In this document: piece by piece, positions 23,580-36,750 of the stretch
How the letters are laid out: every line of letters begins with the position of its first letter
How positions within the stretch are numbered: position 1 is the first letter of the stretch
Assembly: GCA_028534125.1 (NCBI GenBank)
Contig: CM052817.1
Coordinates: 76,448,001 to 76,512,000 of the forward strand
Length of the DNA: 64,000 bases
DNA from: Lama glama
Taxonomy: Eukaryota
Direction of reading: 5' to 3'
Position numbers and translations under genes: made by a program
Notes under the pieces: model-generated
Told to the model about the DNA's origin: nothing
The model's input: the letters and a program-made list of their open reading frames with translations, nothing else
Database searches by the model: none

Positions 23580-26520
23580 CAGTTTTTACTGAGGTATTGC
23601 TGACATGGTATATTTGTTTCAGATGTACTACACAATGAGTAAATATTTGTATACTTTGCAAAATGATCACCAAAATAAGTCTAGTTAACATCGTCACCAT
23701 ACATGGTTACAAATTTTTTTTGTTATGAGAACTTTTAAATCCTTTCTCTTAGCGACTTTCAAATATGCAATACAGTATTATTACCTGTAGTCACCATGCT
23801 GTACACCACCTTTATCCTTCTCATTCACCATCCCTGTCTCCCAACTTCTGGCAAACATCCAAACATTAATCTCTTCTCTATATCTATGAGCATGGGTGTT
23901 CTGGGTTTTTTTGGGGCTTTTGTTTGTTTTGTGTTGGTTTTAGATTCCACGTATAAGTGAGATCATATGGTATTTGTCTTTCTCTGTTTAACTTACTTCA
24001 CTTAGCATAATGCCCTCAAGGTCCATTCATGTTGTCACAAATAGCAAGATTTCCTTTTTTAAGACTGAATAATAAATAAAATATATTTGTGTGTATATGT
24101 GTGTGTATATATGTATGAGAATCACTTCCAGCTGTGTCATTAAAGTTGTGTATGTCCATCTCTACACATGCCTACACCAACTGACTGTTTTCTTTCTGTA
24201 GAAATGCCAACACCATCAATCGTGGTAGAGCTCTTAGAATCAAAGACAGTCTGCTGCGATTATATGTATAATTACAACTTCCTTATCCATTGAGGGCATG
24301 TCTGTTTTCATATCTTGTCTGTTATAAACAATGGATCAGTGAACATGGGGCAATTATATTTTTGAGTTATTGCTTCATTTGCTTTGGATAAATACCAAGA
24401 AATAAAATAGCTGGGTCATACGGTAGTTTAATTTTCTGAGAAACTTCCGCACTGTTTTCTATAGGGGCTGCACCAATTTACACTCACACTAACGGTAATA
24501 GGTGTTCCCTTCTCACAAAATCCTTGTCAAAACTTGTCATTTCTCATTTTTTTGATAATAGTCACCCTAGCCGGTGTGAGGTGATATTTCATTGTAGTTT
24601 TGGTTTGCATTTGTCTAATGATTAATGTGGCTGAGCCTCTTTTTTTTTAATTGAAGTATAGTCAGTGTCAATTTCTGGTGTACATCATAATGTCCTAGTC
24701 ATGCATATACATACATATGTTGATTTTCATATTCTTCCTCATTAAAGGTTATTACAAGATGTTGAATATAGTTCCCTGTGCTATACAGAAGAAATTTGAT
24801 TTTTATCTATTTTTATGTATAGTGGTTAACATTTGCAAATCTCCAACTCCAAAATTTATCCCTTCTTACCCCCTTTCCCCTAGTAACCGTAAGATTGTTT
24901 ACTATGTCTGTGAGTCTGTTTATGTTATGTAGATGAGTTCATAGTGGCCTCTGTTTTCTTTTTATAGATTACACATATGAGTGATACCATATGGTATTTT
25001 TATGGAAACTTTATGGTTCTTTTTTGGCTTACTTCACTTAAAATGACGATCTCCAGGTCTGTCTATGTTGCTGCAAATGGAATTATCTTATTCTTTTTTG
25101 TGGCTGAGTAGTATTCCATTCTATAAATATACCACAGCTGCTTTATCCAGTCATCTGTCCATGGGCATTTAGGTTGCTTCCATGTTTTGGCTATTGTATA
25201 CAGTGCTATTATGAACACTGGCATGCATGTATCTTTTCAAATTAGACTTCCCTCCAGGTATATGCCCAGGAGTGGGACTGCTGGATCATATAAGTCTATT
25301 TTTAGTTTTTTGAGGAATCTCCATACTGTTTTCTATAATGGCTGCACTAAACTACATTCCCACCAGCAGTGTAGGAGGGTTCCCTTTTCTCTACACCCTC
25401 TCCAGCATTTATCATTTGTGGACTTTTGAATGATGGCCATTCTGACTAATGTGAGGTGATACCTCATTGTAGTTTTGATTTTTACTTCTCTGATAATTAG
25501 TGATATTGAGATTTTTTTCATCTGCCTATTGATCATTTGTATGTCTTCATTGGAGAATTGCTTGCTTCAGTCTTCTGCCCATTTTTGGATTGGATTTTTT
25601 TTCGTTAATAAATTGTATGAGTTGTTTTTATATTCTAGAAATTAAGCCTTTGTTAGTTGCATCATTTGCAAATATTTTTTCCCATTCCATAGGTTGTCAT
25701 TTTGTTTTACTTATGATTTCCTTTGCTGTGCAAATGTGTATAAGTTTAATTAGGTCCCATCTGTTTATTTTTGCTTTTATTTCTATTGCCTGGGTAGACA
25801 TCCCTAGGAGAACATTGCTAAGATTTATGTCAGAGAATGATTCATGTACCTGTTGGCCATCTGTATGTTTTCTTTGGAAGAATGTCTGTTCAGGTCCTCT
25901 GCCCATTTTTTAATCAGATCTTTTGGGGACTTTGGGGTTTTTTTTTTGTTTTGGGTTTTTTTGTTTTGTTTTTTGCTACTGACTTGTATGAGTTCTTTGT
26001 ATATTTTGGATATTAACCCCTTATCAGATACATGACTTGCAAATACTTTCTCCCATTCAGTATGTTGACTTCATTTTGTGAATGCTTTCTTTTGCTGTGC
26101 ATAAGCTTTTTAGTGAGGTGTAGTCCCAACTGTTTATTTTTGTTATTGCTACCTTTGCTCTTGGTATCATATTTTTAAAAATCATCACCAAGACTCTAAT
26201 TTATCTTGAGTTAATTTCTGTGTATAATGTAACAGTGGTCCAGTTTCATTCTTTTACATGTGGCTGTCCAGTTTTCCCAATACCATCTATTAGACTGTTA
26301 GTTACCTAATGTATATTTTTGGCCCCTTTATTATAAATTAGTTAACCATATGTGCATGGGTTTATTTCTAGGCTTCCTATTCAGTTCCATAGATCTGTTT
26401 TAATGCCAATATCATACTGTTTTGATTACTACAGCTTTGTAATATAGTTTGAGGTCATGAAACATGATGCCTCCAGTTTTGTTCTTCCTTAGAATTGGTT
26501 TGGGTATTCAGGGTATTTTT
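23580..26520 (-). mobile_element. Older 5'-truncated L1 (3'UTR plus ORF2 C-terminus) hosting a nested younger L1 and an orphan insert
   Basis: 3'UTR motifs (aaatgatcaccaaaataagtctagttaacatc; tagattccacgtataagtgagatcatatgg). The element breaks at gctgagcctc (24639) and resumes at ttcatgtacctgttggcc (25841). Confidence 0.9.
24640..25840 (-). mobile_element. Younger 5'-truncated L1 nested in an older L1
   Basis: T tail at 24640. ORF 25333-25536 encodes the L1 ORF2 Cys-rich motif [24 protein letters not shown]. Closely similar to 11855-13293. Confidence 0.92.
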
Positions 26521-27248
26521 TACCATAATGTTTTAAAATTTGAGTACTGATATTATCCCAGATTTTTATATAAAAAGTTTCATAAGGAGAGTGATTTTAT
26601 TTACAAATTTTAGAGAATAGGTTAGATTAAATTATGAATTACAAAAATGTACTTTGTTCTAAAATTTATGCTTAATATGTAAAAGCACAATTATAGACAT
26701 TTCATCTAAAAGTCAAATAGTGTAAATAAACTTGTGAAATTTTACTTAAAAATGAGATATACTTTTGATACAAATCCAAAATAATATAAATAGGATAGAA
26801 ACAATAATTGAGGATATATTAAATATTATGATAATTTTGTCTATAAATATGAGCTATAATTTATTTAAGTGAAATTAAAACAATTGAATATTTGTACTAT
26901 GTAAAAACATGACAATATAAATAAGTCAAAGAAATATGTATGTGTAGGTATATTTATACTTACGAAATTTAAGTTACTTAACTTCACATGTCTTATAGTT
27001 TTTATATTTTACCCTTATCCTAACCTGGTAATTCTAGCAATGCCTAAGAAGTTTTTATCTACTATGAAAACAAAATTCAACATTCATAAGTGTTTCTAAT
27101 TGGCCTATGAATATAATGATTAATTTTTATTTACATTGCTCTTTAATAAATTCTGTGAAGATTCAGGTAATGTATTACTTAAAAGAAATGAGTGTGTTAT
27201 TTTGGCATTACTACCATGCTCTGGGCAATATACATTAGTTTAGCCATC

Positions 27249-27345
27249 CATTATTCATTGATTCACTCATTTAACAAATAAATATTGAGCATCTACCATA
27301 CGGTAGGCACTGTTATTAGGACGTGATATTAACCAATGAACAAAA
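27249..27345 (-). mobile_element. LINE-2 3' end
   Basis: cattattcattgattcactcatttaacaaataaatattgagcatctaccatacggtaggcactgtt is the canonical antisense L2 tail. Confidence 0.65.
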
Positions 27346-27924
27346 TTTGTGTTTATGTTACATTGGATCCATTCCTCACATGTATCTGCTAAAAAAAATC
27401 AACCCAACCTGGCCACTACCACTACAAAAAAAATTTTCATTTAAGACTGTTCAAGTTAAGACTGTACCAAATAACCTGCATTAATGAACTCCCACAACTC
27501 TATTTAAAAGTCCAGCCTTAACGATCATGCACATCTGTCTTTAAGTATTTTCATCAGGTGACTATTCTAGTCATAATTTTTTCTCATATCAATGAAGCCT
27601 ATTATTTGGCATTTATTAAAAATTACATTTTCTACATATAATGCTCCATCTTCTGTTATCTTCCCAATTTCTTTCACTTAACTGTTTAAAGCCTTCAGTG
27701 GTATCTTGATGATCTTCAATATACCAGGAGGAATGACTCAGGATTTCCATATGCTACCATGCTACCAAAGAGCACCCATAGAGTGCTGAATATTAAACAA
27801 AGAATAAGCTCTCTTCTTAATAAACAAGAAAGGTACATAAAAAAGCAAGATGAATAAAGCCATCTGCTTGAAGTCATTGATGTAAACTAGAAAAAAGACA
27901 AAATCATAATCTGTCATGGGCATT

Positions 27925-28065
27925 AGTAAAACCTTGGTTTCAATTCTATTACTATGATTAGTAATGGTATGACTACAATTGCAGTCAATTACCCACTAAA
28001 TTTCACTTCGCTTATCAGGAAAAAATAAATAATAGCAACTATCTCATAATGTAGGTTTCATAATT
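27925..28065 (+). mobile_element. MIR remnant
   Basis: accttggtttcaattct...actt cgcttatcaggaaaaaataaataatagcaactatctcataatgtaggtt resembles the MIR core. Confidence 0.45.
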
Positions 28066-28082
28066 ATACACATAATACACTA

Positions 28083-31000
28083 TTTTATATTTAGGTATTG
28101 TTGATTTACAATATTGTTTCAGGTGTACAAAATAGTGATTGACAAATTTTAAAGGTTATACTCCTGTTACAGTTCTTATAAAATATTGGCTTTATTCCTT
28201 GTGCTGCACATGATATCCTTGTAACATATATTTTATACTTGGCATTTCATAGCTCTTAATTTCCTAACCCTATTTGACCCTCCCCACTTCCCTGTCTCTA
28301 CTGGTCCCACTTGTTTGTTCTTCATAGGTCTGAAGTCTGTTTCATTTTTACTGTATTTACAAGTTTGTCTTATTTTTTTTAGATTTCACATGTAAATGAT
28401 ATCATACAGTATTTGTCTTTCTCTGTCTGATTTATTTCATAAGTATAATACTTCCAAGTCCATCCATGTTGTTGCAAATGGCAAAATTTCATTCTTTTCT
28501 ATGGTTGAGTAGTATATCAGTGTATATAAACATATCACATCTTCTTTATCCATTCATCTCTTGATGGGCATTTAACTTGCTCCGATGTCTTTTTTTTAAA
28601 TTTATTTTTAATTTTTAAAAATTATTTTGATTTTGTTTTTCTTGAGGGGAGGAGAGAGGTAATTAGGTTTGTTTATTTATTATTAATTTTTATTTAACAG
28701 AGTTACTAAGGATCAAACCCATGACCTTGTGCATGCTAAGCATGCACTCTACCACTGAGCTATATTCATCCCCTCTGCTTTCATGTCTTGGCTGTTGTAA
28801 ATAGTGTTGCTATGAGCATTGGAAGCATATGTGTTTTCAAATTAAAGTTTTGTCTGGATATATGACCAGGAGTGGGATCGCTGGATCATATGACAACTCT
28901 ATTTTTAGTATTTTGAGAAACCTCCATACTGTTTTCCATTGTGGCTGCACCAATGTACACTCCCACCAACAATGTACAAGGGTTTCCTTTTCTCCACATC
29001 CTCTCCAGCATTTGTTATCTGTAGACTTGTTGATGATAGCCATTCTGACAGATAAGAGGTAATATCTTGTTGTTTTGAATTGCCTGTCTATAATAATTAT
29101 CAATGTTGAGCATGTTTTCATGTCTCTGTTAGCCATCTGTATGTTTTCTTTGGAAAAATATCCATTCAGATCTGCTACTCATTTTTGATTGGGTTGTTTA
29201 TTTTTTGATATTGAGTAATATGAGCTGTTTATATATTTTGAATATTAACCCCTCATCAGTCAAATCATTTACAAATATTTTCTTTCATTCTGTAGGTAGT
29301 CTTTTGGTTTTGTCATTGATTCCTTTCCTTCTGCTGTGCAGAAGATTTTAAGTTTAATTAGGTCCCATTTGTTTAATTTTGCATTTATTTCTTTTTTATT
29401 AAGAGGCAAATCCAAAAAGATACTGCTATGATTTATGTTGTAGTGTTCTGCCTTATTTCTCTTCCAGTAGTTTTATGGTTTTAGGTCTTACATTTAGGTC
29501 TTTAATTCATTTTTAATTTACTTTTGTATATACTGTTAGGAAATGTTCTAATTTCATTGTTTTACATTGTAGCTGTAAGTTTTCCCAGAAACACTTGTTG
29601 ACAAGACTGTCTTTTCTCCATTGAATATTCTTGTTTCTTCTGTTATAGATTAATTGACCATAAGTGCATGGGTTTATTTCTGAACTATCTATTCTGTTCC
29701 ATTGTTCTGTGTGTCCGTCTTTGTGCCAGCCCCATTCTGCTTTGATTAATGTAACTTTGTAGTAGAGTATAGCCTGAAGTCAGAAGGATAATACTTTCAG
29801 CTTTATCTTTTTTCTCAAGATTGCTTTTGCAATTGTTTCTTTTGTGAGTCCATAAGAGTTTTAGGATTATTTTTACTAGCTCTATGAAAACCATCATGGG
29901 TATTCTGATAGAGATTGCATTAAATTTGTAGATTGCCTTGGGGAGTATGGTCATTTTACAGTATTAATTCTTCTGATCAAAAAGCATAGGATTTCTTTCC
30001 ATTTCTTTGTATCATCTTCAATTTATTTCATCAGTGTTTTACAGTTTTAGAGTATAGATCTCTCACCTCCTATATTAAGTTTATTCCTAGGTATTCTTTA
30101 TGTGATTTTATTCATGACTTTTTACTTTCTCTTTTGGATATTTCATTATTAGTATATGGAAATGCAGCAGATTTCACTATCTTAATCTTCTACCTTGCAA
30201 ATTTCTGAATTCACTTAATAGTTCTAATAGTTTTGGGGTGGAGACTTTAGAGTTTTCTATTAAAGTAAGTAATCTGCAAATAGTGGCAGTTTTACCTGTT
30301 CCCTTCCAATGTGAATGCCTTTTATTTTTCTTGTCTGATTACTATGGCTAGGACTTCCAATACTATGTTAAATTGAAGTGGTGAGAGTGGGCATCTTTGT
30401 CTTGTTCCTGAACTTAAAGGAAAGGCTTTCAGCTTTTTAAAAATGTGTATGATGTTGTCTGTGAATTTGTCGTAAATGGTTTTTATTATATAGAGTTAAG
30501 TTCCCGCTAGACTCACTTTGATTAGAGTTTCTATCATGAATGGATGATAAATTTTGTCAAATGTTTTTCTGCATCTGTTGAGATGGTTGTGTGATTTTTA
30601 TTCTTCCTTTTGTTAATGTGGTGTATCATACAAATTGATTTATGAATGGTGAACCATCCTTATGACCCTGGAATAAATCCAACTTGATAGTGTATGAACT
30701 TTTTAATATATTGTTGGATGCAGTTTACTAGTATTTTGTTAAGAATTTTTTCTCCTATATTTATAATTTTCTTTTTTGTAGTATCTTTGTCTGGTTTTGG
30801 TATCAGGATAACAGTGGTCTCCTGGTAGGAACTGGAGATGTTTCTATCTGCTTCAATTTTTTTGAAATTGTTTTACAAGAATAGATATTCATTTTTCTTT
30901 ATATATTTGGTAGTATTCCCCTGTGAAGCCATCTAGTCCTGGACTTTTGTGTGCTGGGAGTTTTTAAATTACATATTCAATTTTACTACTAGTGATTGCT

Positions 31001-34000
31001 CTGTTCAAATTGTCCCTTCTTGATTCAGTCTTGGCAGGTTGTATGTTTCTAGAAATCTGTCCATTTCTTCTAGGTTGTCTAATTTGTTGGCATGTAATTG
31101 TTCATAGTTTTCTCTTATGATTTATTTGTATTTCTGTGGTATTAGTTGTTATTTCTCCTCTTATGCCTTATTTTGTTTTTGTTTTTGAGTCTTCTCTCTT
31201 TTCTTCTGATATGTCTGGCTAAAGGCTTATCAATTTTGTTAATCTTTTCAAAAACATGCTCTTGGTTTTATTTCTTTTCTAATGTTTTTTTTTCCCTATT
31301 TCTTTTCTGATCTTTGTTATTCTCTTTATGCTACTGCTTTGGGCTTTGTTCTTTTTCTAATTATTTTAGAAGGTAAGGTAGGTTGTTTATTTGAGATTTT
31401 TCTTGTTTTCTGAGGAAGACCTGTAACGCTATGAACTTTCATCTTAGAGCCACTTTTGGGCTGCATCCCTTAGACTTTAGAATGCTGTGTTTTCACTTTA
31501 CTTTATCTACAGGTATTTTCTTATTTCAAATATGATTTCTATACTCACCCATTGAGTTTTCAAAAGTATGTTGTTTAGTCTTCAAGTATTTGATCTTTTC
31601 TCATTTTTTCTTAGAGTTCTATAGTTGAAATCTAGTTTCATATTGTTGTGGTCAGAAAAAAATGCTTGCTATAATATCTGTCCTTTTAAATTTGTTGAGA
31701 TTTGTTTTATTGCCTAGCATGTGATCCATCCTGTAGAATGTTCCATGTGCACTTGAAAAATGTGTATTCTTCTGTTTTGGGGCACAATGTCCTCTAGATA
31801 CTTATTAAATCCAACTGGTCTATTGTATCATTTAGGACCACTGTTGCCTTACTGATTTTATGTCTGGATAATCTGTCCATTTATATCAGTGGGGCGTTCA
31901 AGTTTACTATTACTGTATTATTGTCAAGTCCTCCTTTTACGTCTGTTAGTATTTGCTTCATATATTTAGGTGCTTCTGTATTGGATGTGTATATGTTAAT
32001 GAATGTAATGTATCCTCTCCTTGTATTGATTCTTTTATCATTATATAATGCCTTTTTTGTCTCTTGTTGTAGTTTTCACTTTAAAGTCTATTTTGTCTGG
32101 TAGGAGTATTGCTCTCCCCACTTTCTTGTCATTTTCATTTGCAGGAGGTATCTATCCATCCCCTCACTTTCAGTCTCTGTGGGTCTAGCTCTGAGGTGGG
32201 TCTTCTGCAGGCAGTATATTGAAGGGTCTTGGATTTTTTTAATCCATTTAGTCACCCTATGTCTTCTGATCAGAGCATTTAGTCCACTGACATTGAAAGT
32301 AATTACTGATGGGTGTGTACTTATTGCCATTTTATTACTTGTTTTCAGTTTTCCCTTTTCATTTCTTTCTTTTTTTCTTCCCTTTAGGTTTGATGATTTC
32401 CTTAGTAGTACACTTGTGATTCTTTCATTTAGTTTTTTGTATAGCTATAGGTTTTTGATTTGTGGTTCAATGGATTCATGTATGTTGACCCATAATGTTT
32501 AAAACTAGTAGTAATTTAAGCTCAAATACATCATAAGATAGCTACATTCTTTACTACCTTCCCCCACATTTTGGGGTTTTGTCTTCATATTTTACATCTT
32601 TCATGCTTATCTCTTAACTGTTTATTGTAGTTAGAGTTGCTTTTATTCTTTTCTTCTTTTAATCTACATATCTTCAATTCTTACTATATACTTGCCTTTT
32701 TAATTAGGATTTTTCTTTTCCTATAGATTCTTACTACTTTTCCATTTAGGGAAAACCCTTCAACATTTCTTTTAGAGTAGGTTTAGTATTGATAAATTCT
32801 TTTAGTTTTTGCTTGCCTGAGAAATTTTTTCACTCTCTATTCTAAATAATAATGTTACTGGGTGGAGTATCCTAAGTTCTAAGTTCTTCCCTTTCTTTGG
32901 GACTTTGAATATATCATGTTACTCTCTTCAGGCTTGCAAAATTTCTGCAGAGAAGTCAGTTGATAGCCTTACAGGGATTGCCTTGCACATGGTTCTTTGT
33001 TTTTCTCTTGCTGCCTTTAGAATTCTCTCTTTATCTCTCTTTTGTCATTTTAATTATGAGATATCTTGGTGTGTGGATCTCTTTGGGGTCATCTTGTTTG
33101 GGACCCTCTATTCTTCCTGTACTTGGATATCTGTTTCCTTCTTCTGGATTGGGATGTTTTCATGCATAATTTCTTCAACTACATTTATGATCCTGTCCCT
33201 CTTCTCCTTCTGGAACCTCTATATTGTGAATGTTATAATGCCTAATGTTCTAAAGATCTTAGATTGCTTTCATTTTGTAAATTTCATTTTTTCTTTCTCC
33301 TGTTCTGATTGGTTGATTTCTGTTATTCTATCTTTCAAACCACTTATGTGTTCTGCTGTATCACTTAATCTCCTTTTCATTCCTTCTAGTGTGTTTGTTT
33401 CAGCCATGGAATTGTTTTTATGGTTTATTTATATTTCCTAATTTTTTGAAAAATATTCAGTGTTTAGATCAATTCTTTTTACTAATTCAGTTAACATTTT
33501 TATTACCACATTTTGAGTTCTTTATTGGTAATTATTTATTTCTGTTTCATATTTTTTCAGGGTTTTTTTTTTCCTTGCTCTTTCAATTGAGAGTAGTTAC
33601 TTTGCCTTTTCATCTTAACTTTCTCTGCCTTTATGAATTTACGTGAAATGGTTACTTATTGTGGTCTTGAAGGGGTTTTCATCCCCTTCAAGGTGAGTGC
33701 ATCCCTATGCAGACTGCCCAGTGCTTTTGGTGGAAGGGCTGGATTTGGTACAGATGCCAGTTAAGTCTTTGCTCAGGATGTGCTGGCAACTCTCACCTTG
33801 GTAGTGGGTGGGGTCGAAGGTGGAGTGGTTAGAAACTGGCAATGGTGTGAAGTGGGACTTCATCTCTGGTTAGTGACTGTCATTACCTCCTCAGGGATAG
33901 GATCTGATCCCAAGTTGCTAAATCAGAGCACTGAGCATTGGATTTGGGCTAGCTCTGTTTCCTTTAAGGGTAGGATTTTTCCTGTCCCTGTACCTGGATC

Positions 34001-34790
34001 TTTGCCTCAGTAGAGGGGAGTGCTGAAGCAAGAAGAGCCTGTATGCATTCAGAGGTCTGATGCACTGTTTGTGTAGGTGTCTTCAGCTCTGCTCAAATGC
34101 AGCCCATAGTCGAGCTGGTCCTGGCCATCACATGTCCAGTGCCATACTGTGTGGTATGATCTGAGTGGGACTGGAGCATTTTCTTGGTTTGAGTCGGGTG
34201 TACTAGGCTGAGGCATACTGTGAGGTAGTCATGGAAACCTGTCAGCCGCTAGAGCAAACCTCTCTCTGAAATGTCTAAGGAACAATATATCCCTTTGTCT
34301 CTCATAGCTGATCACTGTCCCCAGCTTTCACCACTCCCATCTTGCTCTGGCACCACTCTGCACATGAAGCAGTGCCCGTATATTTCTCTGCATGTATGGT
34401 TCCTCATGAGTAGAATCCAAGTTTCTTCAGTCTTTCTGTCTGTTCCATAATTTCTTCAACTAGCCAAGGGGGCTTGTCTCTTCCATGTAGGACCCCAGAA
34501 CTGGGATGCCCAAGTCTATGGCTTAATCCACTAACTCCCCTGTGTGTCTGCTAGTTCAATCTCCATTTTCCTCTGAGTCCCCTCCCAGGAGCATAGGTCT
34601 GACCTGATCACTATTCTTCCCTTCCTACCCAATTATGTGTGTATCTTTTTTACAGTCTCGGTTGTACAGGAGTCTTTTTGCCCGCTTCATTAGTTTCCAG
34701 TGAGGATTGTTCCACATGTAGATTATTTTTGATGTGTTTGTCAGGGGAGGTGAGTTCCACATCCTCTTATTCCACATCTTGATTACCCTC
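28083..34790 (-). mobile_element. Near-full-length decayed L1 (5'UTR, ORF1, ORF2, 3'UTR)
   Basis: ORF2 start at 32330 (MAISTHPSVITFNVSGLN...IYCLQKTHL, endonuclease). ORF2 pieces at 29685-29954 and 28837-29136 (CWRGC...HCWWEC). GC-richer 5'UTR at ~33650-34790 ending in ccacatcttg (caagatg motif on minus). Many stops and frameshifts. Confidence 0.93.
28592..28775 (-). mobile_element. tRNA-Ala-derived SINE (camelid Vic-1-like), nested in L1
   Basis: Minus strand tatagctcagtggtagagtgcatgcttagcatgcacaaggtcatgggtttgatcc (A/B boxes, tRNA-Ala-like), then aaacctaattacc and an A-rich tail. Degenerate TSD tgctccgatgtctt (28578-28591) / tgctttcatgtctt (28776-28789). Confidence 0.9.
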
Positions 34791-36750
34791 ACTATGTCTT
34801 TTCAATGGGGTATAGAGTCTATATTTTCATTTAAAGTAATAATTTAAAGAAAAAAATGTATTGTCACCTTGTTTTTTTCTCATGATTTTTTTAGTCCTTT
34901 TTTTTGGAGGGGGGTTCTTTTCCTTTTTTTTTTTTTTTTTGCTATTGATGTGCTTTTATTCTTTTCTTTTTCTTTTGTGTAACTTCTGTAGCTATTTTAT
35001 GTGTATATGGTTACCTTGGGACTTACATTGTTGTTATAGGATATTTCATTTATTTTAAGCTGATAACAAACTTAAGTTCAATTCCACACAAAAACTCTGT
35101 TAATGTCTCATCTATACACATTTTAGGTGTTGTCACAATTAACATCTATTTATATTGTGTATCTTTAACATATTTTAGTTATAGTTATTTTTAATACTTT
35201 TATACTGGAATTAAGTTATTTACCCACCACCATTTCAGTAATGTAAAATTCTGTAATATTTTGTATTAGGCTGGTCTAGTGGTTATGAACTCCTTCAGTT
35301 TTTGTTTGTATGGGAAAGTCTTTATCACTCCTTTATTTTGGAAGGACAGTTTTGCTAGATACTGTATTTTTGGTTGGCATTCTTTTTCTTTCAGCCTTTG
35401 AATATATCACCCATTCACTTTTGGCTTGCAAAATTTCTGCTAAAAATTATTTCCATGATGTTATGGAGATCGCCTTGTATGTGACAAGTTGCTGTCCTCT
35501 TTTTGTTTACAAAATTCTGTCTTTGACTTGATAATTTCTTTGGGTTTTTATTATTTGGTTACCTTTCAGCTAGCTATTTGTATCTATATGTTAATTTCCA
35601 TACCCAGATTTGGGAAGTTTTCAGCCATTTTTTTGGAGTAAGCTTTCTGGTCCTTTCTCTCCTCTCCTTCTCAAATTCCTATAATGCATATATTATTTCA
35701 CTTAAGATATCCCTTAAGTCCCATAAAATATATTCACATTTTTAAAAAATCATTTTTTCTTTCCTGATTGAATTATTTGTCCTGATTTGACTTTGAGTTC
35801 ACTGATCCTTTGTTCTGTTTGATCTAATATTATTTTAAAATTTGTAATCAAATACTCAGTTACCGTGATTTGTTTAGGTTTTTTTTTTTAATATTTTCTG
35901 TCTCTTTGTGGAATTTTCAGTTTGTACATAGATTGTTCTCTTGATTTAGGTGATCATCTTTACAAAAGTCATTTTAAAATTCTCTATTAGGTAAATCATA
36001 TAACTGTTTCATTAGAGTCAGTTTCTCAAAATTTATCTTGTTCCTTTGGGATATCTTTGCCTGATTCTTTATTTTTCTTGACTCTCTTTTTGATGTTTGT
36101 GCATTGGACAAGGCAGGCACTTCTTGTAGTCTTCATAGACTGGCACCTCTCCTTGTCTCAGTGCTGAACTTCAAACAGCTTCAAAGGTGGTAAGAGAAAA
36201 TTTAGTTCTCTGGGCAGCCCCAGAGAAGTTTCAATACTGATGCACAGATAAACTCTTTCCCCCTCCAAGGAGGAAGCTGAGTGTGTCATTTTTGCCTGTT
36301 CACTCTGTGCTGGGCAGGGAGTGGGAACAATGATGTCTGCCAGCCCAAGTCACCATTTCTGTACTCCCTGGGCAGCTATCTCGTGCTGGAACATCAGATT
36401 TTCAAGAAGGCCAAGACAGAAGCCAGACTTCTGTGTATCTCCCTTGGAAAAGTTGAGATGCTAGATGCATGAGCAAAGCCTTCTCTTCTTGAATGAAGCT
36501 GAGAGGTATAGAGTCTCTTTCTGATCACATGGCACTGTACCAGAGGTAGTCTTTAGTCAGCAGGTATCTTGAATCTCCCTACTTGTTTGGTGAGTCTGTC
36601 TTTGTGTTCTCCTGGGGTGTAAGAGACTTTGAATTCATTTCTGATTTCTCACAAAGGGAATGTGTTCATGAATTGTTACTGAAATTGTGTGTTTGTTGGG
36701 GAATGAGGGTCCAGGGCTTGCTACTAGGCATCTTCCTAATATAATTCCTC
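34791..36750 (-). mobile_element. 5' portion of an older L1 (5'UTR, ORF1 remnant, ORF2 start)
   Basis: ggctggtctagtggttatgaactccttcagtttttgtttgtatgggaaagtctttat (antisense ORF1 3' end) and catttaaagtaataatt (ORF2 start region). 5' terminus near ggcatcttcct at ~36730. Confidence 0.75.

Noticed and set aside
28700..28775. tRNA-Ala gene (also ~41800-41880 and ~43900-43975)
   Set aside because: Diverged stems, an attached non-tRNA segment or tail, and TSDs show these are SINE copies.
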